A stretch of DNA of 32,000 nucleotides. It comes from Acaryochloris marina S15 (GTDB taxonomy: Bacteria > Cyanobacteriota > Cyanobacteriia > Thermosynechococcales > Thermosynechococcaceae). Position numbers and translations under genes: made by a program. Location of the stretch: assembly GCF_018336915.1 (NCBI RefSeq), contig NZ_CP064923.1:840001-872000 (forward strand), in the 5' to 3' direction. The notes under the pieces are model-generated. The model was not told where the DNA came from, made no database searches, and was given only the letters and a program-made list of their open reading frames with translations. This document shows positions 1 to 6,795 of this stretch, one piece after another; position 1 is the first letter of the stretch; each line of letters starts with the position of its first letter.

Positions 1-561
1 CCTAAACTCAGCGGGGCGAGTATATTGTGGATAATCTAGCAACTCGGCTTCAAAACTCTCTTTTTTTAAAGACTCGACCTTACCGACTGTGCCGGGTCGC
101 AAACGAATCACTCCATTTAAAAGGGTTAGTGCTGGAATCTCACCACAAGTGAGCACAAAATCACCTAGAGACAGCTCTTGAGTGACTAACTGTTCAGCGA
201 CTCGCTCATCGACCCCTTCGTAATGGCCGCAAATCATCACTAACTGATCATAATGATTCGCTAGTTGATGAAATAGCGGTTGATTCATGGGTCGCCCTTG
301 AGGGGTGAATAAGATAATTTGGCGGCGAGGCAGACAGGGCAAAGACTCTACCGCCGCAAAAATAGGTTCTGGTTTCATCAACATACCGACTCCGCCCCCA
401 TACACCTCATCATCAACCCGATGATGTTTATCTGTAGTGAAATCGCGAGGATTAGTGAGATGGACCTCTGCCACCCCATTGGCAAGGGCTTTCCCTAACA
501 GGCTAGTTTTAAGAGGCGAGGTAAAGAACTCTGGAAATAAAGTGAGAATATCGAAACGCAC
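1..561 (-). CDS. trmD: tRNA (guanine37-N1)-methyltransferase TrmD, N-terminal 187 codons (C-terminus runs off the left edge)
   Basis: Absent from the ORF track because it is open at the window edge. My reverse-strand translation from GTG at 559-561 gives VRFDILTLFPEFFTSPLKTSLLGKALANGVAEVHLTNPRDFTTDKHHRVDDEVYGGGVGMLMKPEPIF...MICGHYEGVDERV...LSLGDFVLTCGEIPAL...YPQYTRPAEFR, which carries the canonical TrmD motifs. Confidence 0.9.
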   Translation of the reverse strand, partial: MRFDILTLFPEFFTSPLKTSLLGKALANGVAEVHLTNPRDFTTDKHHRVDDEVYGGGVGMLMKPEPIFAAVESLPCLPRRQIILFTPQGRPMNQPLFHQLANHYDQLVMICGHYEGVDERVAEQLVTQELSLGDFVLTCGEIPALTLLNGVIRLRPGTVGKVESLKKESFEAELLDYPQYTRPAEFR

Positions 562-645
562 GTTAGGAATTTCCTGATTCGCTGAAGTTATGGCACTGAA
601 AAGAATATCGCCATCGACCCCATCAATGGGCCCAAAACATCAATT

Positions 646-685
646 TATAGGTATGGATAGAGATATATAGGTATGGATAGAGATA
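646..685. repeat. Perfect 20-bp tandem duplication (TATAGGTATGGATAGAGATA x2) plus a degenerate third copy to about 705
   Basis: Read directly: 646-665 and 666-685 are identical, and TAGGTATG recurs at 691-698. It lies in the argB-trmD spacer (562-714). Confidence 0.9.
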
Positions 686-714
686 ATTTTTAGGTATGAA
701 ATGGAGAGGATGGA

Positions 715-1605
715 CTAAGCGGTGATCATGGTCCCAATTCCAGCATCGGTGAAAATCTCTAGAAGTAAGGCATGGGGGGCACGACCATCAATAATATGGG
801 CCGCTTGAATCCCTTGGGCTAAAGAGCGAATACAGCAGGTCACTTTAGGAATCATGCCCCCTGCCACAACATCCTCTTCGATGAGTTGACGAGCCTGGCG
901 AATATCCAGTTGATGAATGAGGGAAGTAGCATCTTGATAGTCTTGGAGAATGCCGGGGGTATCCGTCAGCAGAATGAGTTTCTCTGCATCTAGAGCAGCG
1001 GCGAGTTCTCCAGCCACCGTATCAGCATTAATGTTATAGACTTGTCCCTCTTCGTCCGTCGCCACACTGGACACAATAGGAATATGGCCTCCATCTAAGA
1101 GGGTATTGATCAGTTGGGGATTCACCGTAGCCACCTCTCCGACAAAACCGATTCCAGACTCCCCTTGAGGACGAGCCGTCAGTAACTTTCCATCCTTGCC
1201 GCAGACTCCAACAGCCGACCCTCCAGCTTGATTAATTAGGGAAACTAGCTCTTTATTGACTCGTCCCACGAGTACCATCTCCACAACATCCATTGTCGGA
1301 GCATCGGTGACTCGTAAACCATTCATAAACTGAGGCTCAATCCCTAGTTTTTCTAGCCATAGGTTGATTTCAGGTCCCCCACCATGGACTAAGACAGGAC
1401 GTAGACCAACACAGGCCATAAACACCACATCCCGAATCACCGTGGTTTTGAGGGTGCTATCTTTCATTGCCGCTCCACCATATTTAACAACGACCGTACG
1501 CCCAGCGAAGGATTGGATGTAGGGAAGAGCTTCACTTAATACTTGGACGCGATCGCTAGCGTTAAACATGCGGTTGGGTGGCAAAGAGAACAAAGCGCAA
1601 ACCAT
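715..1605 (-). CDS. argB: N-acetylglutamate kinase
   Basis: 296-aa ORF with [41 protein letters not shown] and AHIIDG, colinear with cyanobacterial NAGK. The start could instead be the ATG at 1569 ([17 protein letters not shown]). Confidence 0.95.
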   Translation of the reverse strand: MVCALFSLPPNRMFNASDRVQVLSEALPYIQSFAGRTVVVKYGGAAMKDSTLKTTVIRDVVFMACVGLRPVLVHGGGPEINLWLEKLGIEPQFMNGLRVTDAPTMDVVEMVLVGRVNKELVSLINQAGGSAVGVCGKDGKLLTARPQGESGIGFVGEVATVNPQLINTLLDGGHIPIVSSVATDEEGQVYNINADTVAGELAAALDAEKLILLTDTPGILQDYQDATSLIHQLDIRQARQLIEEDVVAGGMIPKVTCCIRSLAQGIQAAHIIDGRAPHALLLEIFTDAGIGTMITA

Positions 1606-2365
1606 TGAACAGTAACGGCTTGCCCATAGACAGCAGTTTAGCTCGTTATGGTAGTTGACCGTAAGCAGGTCATGCCATCAATTCCAACAGCTCGTTTGGC
1701 CGCTGCTGATAAAGAAAGAGTGATATCAACATTTGGCTTAAGTCATGAACTTTTCAGGTTAGTTGAACGACTAAAAGGTATCAGGCTACGAATAATTACT
1801 TTTAGAGAATAAAACATGATTTCCTCGTCAGATCATGTCATTTATAGTGAGGTGCTAGGTCTTTTTATACTCACTATTTCAATTTTCTTCATGAAATTTT
1901 CTGAGTAATGGTTAACGTCTTCTCTTAGCTATTACAACTATTTCAGTAATTATAACCCTGCAATACTCTATTTCTTTCAATGAATAGAAGTCATATTTTG
2001 TAGGTTGCATTACTTGATAAAAGATGGTTATAATTAGGTCATTAAAAGTATTTTTACTCTAATAAGTTTTATTCACTTAAGGAATGGTTAGAGAATCCTG
2101 AGAATCTTCTCAGAGTGGTTATTGTGAATACAGTGTTTAGTAGCTGTAAGCCCAATCGTTCCTGACTAAACAATCGAAAAAGAGATAAAGGAGTCATGAG
2201 TTTTCTTTGTTTCTTCCGCTTGTTTATCAAATATTTGAAGCGTTGTGATGAACTGCTTCTCAAATACTTGAAAGAATCCAAACAGGAATGGTTGCCTATT
2301 TTGTCGGTGTGCAGCCCCGATTGCTTTGATCTCTAAAAATTTATTCACCTTAAGTGAGGTTTAAT

Positions 2366-2815
2366 ATGAAAGCTCAACGCCTTCTCCCCCTTTGCTCTGC
2401 TCTTTTCTTAGGTCTAGCCGCTGCTCCTGCTTTTGCTGGTTCTGCTAGTGTTTCCAACAGCTTCTCCATTCGTGATATCAAGAATGGTCATTCTCACACA
2501 AATATTAAAGTGAAAGAGTGGTACGGCGGTATTCGTTCTGCTGGAGCCGATGCTAGCAAGGTATCTGTTGGCTACACTACGACCAACGACGGTAGCACGA
2601 CTACTCAAACTCAATATTGTGGTTGGGGTTGTCAGCAATCTACCACTACAAACAACGGACTATTTTCTGAAACTGATTACTCAGTTTCCACTTCTTCTAG
2701 CTGGTCAAAAGAATATGGTGCATTCAAGAAAGACACCAATGTGCATGTCCACGAAAGCTATAACTTTGATGGCATCGACAAGACTCACACCGTTGGCTCT
2801 AGCTTCAGCTTCTAA
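2366..2815 (+). CDS. Small secreted protein, unrecognised family (paralogue 1, 149 aa)
   Basis: The ATG at 2366 is 6 nt after GTGAGG; the track's GTG at 2354 lies inside that SD. Signal peptide MKAQRLLPLCSALFLGLAAAPAFA|GS. The mature part is Ser/Thr/Asn-rich with a CGWGC pair and ends THTVGSSFSF-stop. Confidence 0.75.
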   Translation: MKAQRLLPLCSALFLGLAAAPAFAGSASVSNSFSIRDIKNGHSHTNIKVKEWYGGIRSAGADASKVSVGYTTTNDGSTTTQTQYCGWGCQQSTTTNNGLFSETDYSVSTSSSWSKEYGAFKKDTNVHVHESYNFDGIDKTHTVGSSFSF

Positions 2816-2853
2816 ATCAAGCTTGCTGCTTCATATTTAAGCCAAACATACGA

Positions 2854-2883
2854 GGGGCAGCAGCTTAGCTGCTGTCCCTTTGC
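2854..2883 (+). terminator. Putative intrinsic terminator after paralogue 1
   Basis: GGGGCAGCAGC (2854-2864), loop TTA, GCTGCTGTCCC (2868-2878). This is an 11-bp stem with one G-U pair, followed by a short TTT run. The weak T tract limits confidence. Confidence 0.45.
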
Positions 2884-2903
2884 TCAGCTCAGGAGAATCA
2901 ATC

Positions 2904-3638
2904 ATGCGTTATGGTCTTGGGCTGTTGAGTACATCGGTTGTGGGATTGTTGACCTTGTCGGCTGGCTCAGCGTTAGCCCAAACGACAAATAGCATCACAG
3001 TACCTAACAACTCCCAATCAACAGCTAACCCTGAAGTCAATCTTGATCAGCAGGGCTCATTAGTAAATACTCAGGTCAACAGTACAACCTTAGGACGAAG
3101 TGTTGTCGGTAACGGAATAGCAGACTGTACTAGTAGTGGTTTAAGCGTGTCTGCCTATGGTAGTGGCGTGGGCCCTTTTGATACCGGTACCATTGGTGGT
3201 GCGGTTACCTATACCCATTCTTTTGGAATGGATACCTGTAAACAGTACGCCAAGAACCAATTAGGGAAAGCGAAGCTAGAAACTTGTTTTCTATTAATTA
3301 GTAACTATTCCAAAATGGTGAAAGCAGGCATTGATGTTAGCTACACTGCCCTGATGGAAGTGGCTAATGTGGACTGTCCGTCTGTAACCGTTCGCCAAGC
3401 AGTGATTCCTCAGTCTTCCCCTTCTGCCTCGAATCGTCCGGCACCGACTTCATTGCAAGGACAGCAACCCACTCCACAAACCACCGTGGGTGAGTATGGC
3501 AATAGTTCACAGAACACTCCTCAAGCACAGCCCCCATTACCAGCAGACCCTCAACTCAAGACAGCCTTACCTAAGTCACCTTCAGAGTTGCCTGCTGTTC
3601 AAGAACCCCAACGGTTGACGGCTAAAGAGTTGATTTGA
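2904..3638 (+). CDS. Secreted protein with a 4-Cys globular part and a Pro/Gln-rich C-terminal tail (244 aa)
   Basis: The ATG at 2904 is 8 nt after AGGAG; the track's TTG at 2880 lies inside the terminator hairpin. Signal peptide MRYGLGLLSTSVVGLLTLSAGSALA|QTT. The last 75 aa or so are PQSSPSASNRPAPTSLQGQQPTPQ...PPLPADPQ. Confidence 0.75.
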   Translation: MRYGLGLLSTSVVGLLTLSAGSALAQTTNSITVPNNSQSTANPEVNLDQQGSLVNTQVNSTTLGRSVVGNGIADCTSSGLSVSAYGSGVGPFDTGTIGGAVTYTHSFGMDTCKQYAKNQLGKAKLETCFLLISNYSKMVKAGIDVSYTALMEVANVDCPSVTVRQAVIPQSSPSASNRPAPTSLQGQQPTPQTTVGEYGNSSQNTPQAQPPLPADPQLKTALPKSPSELPAVQEPQRLTAKELI

Positions 3639-3864
3639 TGTCGATCCAGCGGATAACACTGTGTGTTGCCTACTTTTATTCTCTGAGGCGACCTAATCAC
3701 TCAAAAAAGTATTGCTGTGGATTCCTGGATTGATAATATCCCCAACACTAAAGCAAGACTGTTTATAGTCTTGAATTGCGCCAGTTACATATAACCGGTT
3801 TCAGTTCCAGGGATTGAAATATCTGGGCCATGACAAGGCACCACGAACTAGGAGGGCATGATTG

Positions 3865-4242
3865 ATGCAACTGAAACCGATACTCTATTGTGCTGTGGCC
3901 TATGCAGTTTTCAGTACATCACCTTGCTATGCCCAGATAGTTCACGTGATGACATTTCAGAACTCATCTGGTGGCCGCCATATTAGAGAAATTACTGGGC
4001 AACAAACCCAAGATGATCAGTCTATTGGTGTTTCTCTCAATACGTCTGATGAGCGGACAACAACCCATTCTTCGTCCACTGTGAATGGTGTAACCCAAGA
4101 CCAAACCTATACCTATATCAACAAAGCCAAGAGTCAGGCGGTAGAAACGGGTCATAGAAGAAGAATTGAGCGCACTCAGCTGTTTGAGGCATATGACTAC
4201 TCGGACTACGCAGTCGACCACACTGTAGATTTTAGTTTTTAA
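3865..4242 (+). CDS. Small secreted protein, unrecognised family (paralogue 2, 125 aa)
   Basis: The ATG at 3865 is 8 nt after GGAGGG. Signal peptide MQLKPILYCAVAYAVFSTSPCYA|QIV. The mature part is Thr/Ser/Gln-rich and ends DHTVDFSF-stop. It aligns with paralogue 1 over its whole length (see findings). Confidence 0.75.
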   Translation: MQLKPILYCAVAYAVFSTSPCYAQIVHVMTFQNSSGGRHIREITGQQTQDDQSIGVSLNTSDERTTTHSSSTVNGVTQDQTYTYINKAKSQAVETGHRRRIERTQLFEAYDYSDYAVDHTVDFSF

Positions 4243-4425
4243 GTTTGAATAGTGTACGACCCAATCATGCTTGAATTGGCTGCCCAGACACCAACATATT
4301 GTCGATCTTGCTGTCACTGTCGAGGGTGTTGACCTCATTTAGCGGCCATGGAAAATCGCTGTTCTGACCGATCGATTTTGTCTTGAATAAGTACTCCAGG
4401 GTAGTTGTTGCTAGGAGATTTAAAT

Positions 4426-4716
4426 ATGAAATCTGCAATATTTTTAACAACAGTGATTACAGGGCTGAGTATTCTGCCTGCTAAGGCTCAGACTCAAGCT
4501 TTTTTTGGGGTACCCATTGGCCAAGATGTTCCAGTAATCATCTTTTCACCTGTTACTCAGTATTATCCGAACTACTATCCAGGGCCAGGTTTTTACCAAT
4601 ATAGCCATTACTTTCGAAGCACTGACCATCATTTAGACTTCGATAAATATGACTACCTTCTCAGCGACGATTTGGTATACAACTTTCCGGTAGTTGGCAA
4701 CTTTAATTACAAGTAA
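4426..4716 (+). CDS. Small secreted Tyr/Pro-rich protein, distant member of the same family (96 aa)
   Basis: The ATG at 4426 is 8 nt after AGGAG. Signal peptide MKSAIFLTTVITGLSILPAKA|QTQ. The C-terminus DKYDYLLSDDLVYNFPVVGNFNYK resembles the tails of the other two. Confidence 0.65.
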   Translation: MKSAIFLTTVITGLSILPAKAQTQAFFGVPIGQDVPVIIFSPVTQYYPNYYPGPGFYQYSHYFRSTDHHLDFDKYDYLLSDDLVYNFPVVGNFNYK

Positions 4717-4957
4717 TTCTGGAGCTACAAGAGAGTCATGCTATTCGTCGACAATCTGGCAATAGTTCATGCGGGTGGCGCAGACTATTGGGCTAGCCTT
4801 TCTCAGATTGATGAATGCACTGGGAATGGTGTTGATTACTCTGTCTTTCATCGGTAGAGCAATGCAGCTTTGCAATCGTTACACTGAATAGGTGGATGGC
4901 ATCTGGTTAAGGTGACTTCACTTCTTTTGATTGTGACGACGCAAGGATCATACGCAT

Positions 4958-5614
4958 ATGAAAGCATTTGTGGCTGGAGCAACGGGTCAAACGGGTCGCC
5001 GCATTGTTTCTCAATTAGTTGAACGGGGAATTCCCGTGCGGGCTCTAGTTCGAGATATTGATAGAGCTAAAGAACTTTTACCAGAGGCTGCTGAGTTAGT
5101 GGTGGGAGATGTGTTGGATGCGAGTTCGTTAGAGGGTGCGATCGCAGATTGTAACGTCCTTCTTTGTGCCACCGGAGCAGCCCCAGGATTTAACCCTTTT
5201 GCACCTCTCCAGATTGATTACTTAGGGACCAAAAATCTAGTAGATGTTGCCAAGGCCAAAAAACTGGAGCATTTTGTTCTGGTCTCGTCCCTTTGTACCT
5301 CCAAGTTGCTGCATCCGCTGAATCTATTTTTCTTGGTGTTGGTTTGGAAGAAGCAAGCTGAACAGTATATTCAAAATAGCGGGCTTACCTACACCATCGT
5401 CCGTCCTGGTGGACTAAAAAATGAAGATAACGACAACTCTGTCGTTATGTCTGCCCCGGATACTTTATTTGAAGGCAGCATTCCTCGGACTAAAGTGGCC
5501 GAGGTTTGTATTGAAGCACTGGCGGCTTCGTCCTCTCACAATAAGATTGTTGAAATAGTAGCGCCACCGGAAGCCTTAGATCAGCCAATCCCTGACTTAT
5601 TTGCTAGGGTTTAA
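4958..5614 (+). CDS. NAD(P)-binding atypical SDR (NmrA/Tic62-like, NAD(P)H-binding family)
   Basis: Rossmann motif MKAFVAGATGQTGRRIV at the N-terminus, followed by VLVSS...TIVRPGGL. The 218-aa length is typical for this family. Confidence 0.8.
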   Translation: MKAFVAGATGQTGRRIVSQLVERGIPVRALVRDIDRAKELLPEAAELVVGDVLDASSLEGAIADCNVLLCATGAAPGFNPFAPLQIDYLGTKNLVDVAKAKKLEHFVLVSSLCTSKLLHPLNLFFLVLVWKKQAEQYIQNSGLTYTIVRPGGLKNEDNDNSVVMSAPDTLFEGSIPRTKVAEVCIEALAASSSHNKIVEIVAPPEALDQPIPDLFARV

Positions 5615-5720
5615 ATAAGCATATTGACTTAGTCTAGTTTCGATTGGAAACTATTTAGATCTAAGCAATATTGAATTCATCTACCTATCTAAGCGGCTTT
5701 ATTGCTTAGGGAGTTCATCG

Positions 5721-6458
5721 TTGACCTCTAGTTCACCACCTAAACAGGCTAAACCTCTCCATCGAATGGCTTGGCGTTTCGGTGTTTCACTGATCTTGCT
5801 TTTGGGCCTAGGGGCATTGTTTGTGTTGCCTAAATTTGACCCCAAGAGTTTAACCTGGCCGACAACGGAACCGGGGAGAATCGCACCGCTTGCCATGTCT
5901 GGCGGCGATCCCCATTTACGGGCCTTAATGCGGACGATTTCTGCCAGCGAATCGAATGATGCCAGTCCCTATACCCTGCTGTACGGCGGTAGCCATATCG
6001 AACATTTACGGGAACATCCCGATCGCTGCATTCCTATTCGGTGGGGACCGAACCAAGGGCTGTGTACCACGGCAGCCGGGCGCTATCAATTCATTACGAC
6101 CACTTGGTTTGAAACCGCAGAGAAGTACCATCCTGCCCCGACTGGAGAATGGATGTGGCGACGTTATAGTTTTGCCCCTGAATACCAGGACCGTGTGGTG
6201 CATGCTTGGTTAGATGACATCAATTATTGGGGAACTGATATTTCCCAGCTGTTAAAAGATGGCCAGGTGCAAACCGTGTTTCAGGAGCTTTCGGGAACTT
6301 GGACTAGTCTGGGCTATGGGATTGAGAGTAATAAGGTGACGCCCCACCTCATGCATATCTACGAACGAATGCTGGCGGAAGAAATTGCCTTAGCTAACGG
6401 GTTACCGACCAACTATCTGCCCACGGTTGCCAACCAGTCAGTGGAGACAACGCGCTAG
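5721..6458 (+). CDS. Membrane-anchored lambda-type lysozyme / lytic transglycosylase (GH104)
   Basis: ISASESNDASPYTLLYGGSHIEHLREHPD...TAAGRYQFITTTW matches my memory of the GH104 (phage lambda R-like) signature. N-terminal hydrophobic anchor FGVSLILLLGLGALFVL. The start may be the ATG at 5766 rather than the TTG at 5721. Confidence 0.75.
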   Translation: MTSSSPPKQAKPLHRMAWRFGVSLILLLGLGALFVLPKFDPKSLTWPTTEPGRIAPLAMSGGDPHLRALMRTISASESNDASPYTLLYGGSHIEHLREHPDRCIPIRWGPNQGLCTTAAGRYQFITTTWFETAEKYHPAPTGEWMWRRYSFAPEYQDRVVHAWLDDINYWGTDISQLLKDGQVQTVFQELSGTWTSLGYGIESNKVTPHLMHIYERMLAEEIALANGLPTNYLPTVANQSVETTR

Positions 6459-6709
6459 GACTTAACCTCTAGCCGATCCCACAAGGACTGATAGAGACTG
6501 TCGGGCACCTTAGCTCGGAGCACTTTCGCTAACCGATTTTTCTTTTGGGCAGCTTTGAGGCAATCTTCCTGGGGACAGAGATAGGCAGAGCGTCCCATGC
6601 CTTGATCGAGCTGGATTTGATGATCGGGATAAACCCGGACAATCCGCCAAAACTCAGATTTGGGGGCAATGTGACGACAACTGATACATCGACGATGGTT
6701 GGGCTGCAT
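6455..6709 (-). CDS. ylxR: YlxR/DUF448 family RNA-binding protein
   Basis: 84 aa: RRCISCRHIAPKSEFWRIVRV...GRSAYLCPQEDCLKAAQKKNRLAKVLR, which is the typical YlxR CxxC...GRGAY.C signature. Confidence 0.85.
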   Translation of the reverse strand: MQPNHRRCISCRHIAPKSEFWRIVRVYPDHQIQLDQGMGRSAYLCPQEDCLKAAQKKNRLAKVLRAKVPDSLYQSLWDRLEVKS

Positions 6710-6795
6710 GAACTAGAGAATAATCTTGAAAAGTAGCTATAGCTAGCTTACGCCTTAAACTATGGGGAGACCTAGGATCTGACGTTTTTCTGCCC

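Noticed and set aside
2196-2336. 46-codon ORF (MSFLCFFRLFIKYLKRCDELLLKYLKESKQEWLPILSVCSPDCFDL) just upstream of the first secreted-protein gene, preceded by AAAGGAG.
   Set aside because: The SD-like AAAGGAG ends only 2 nt before the ATG, which is too close for a functional spacing. The region is AT-rich, where short ORFs arise by chance, and I recognise no family. It is worth a look in Ribo-seq but is not reportable as a gene.
2069-2348. Two minus-strand ORFs (70 and 60 aa) in the AT-rich leader.
   Set aside because: They have Lys/Phe/Ser-rich low-complexity translations, overlap each other, and have no SD. This is typical noise in AT-rich DNA.
3798-3820. GTTTCAGTTCCAGGGATTGAAAT, which looks like a cyanobacterial CRISPR repeat (GTTTC...ATTGAAA ends).
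   Set aside because: There is only a single copy in the window, with no spacer-repeat periodicity and no cas genes. At best it is an orphan remnant, or a small hairpin 45 nt upstream of the 3865 gene.
5661-5709. 10-bp perfect inverted repeat CTAAGCAATA ... TATTGCTTAG between the SDR gene and the lysozyme gene.
   Set aside because: A 29-nt loop and no T-tract make it a poor terminator. It could be a regulatory hairpin, but I have no supporting evidence.
5721-6458. The idea that the GH104 lysozyme marks a prophage or lysis cassette.
   Set aside because: No holin, spanin, integrase, att-like repeat or other phage gene lies within 5 kb on either side. The neighbours are housekeeping genes.
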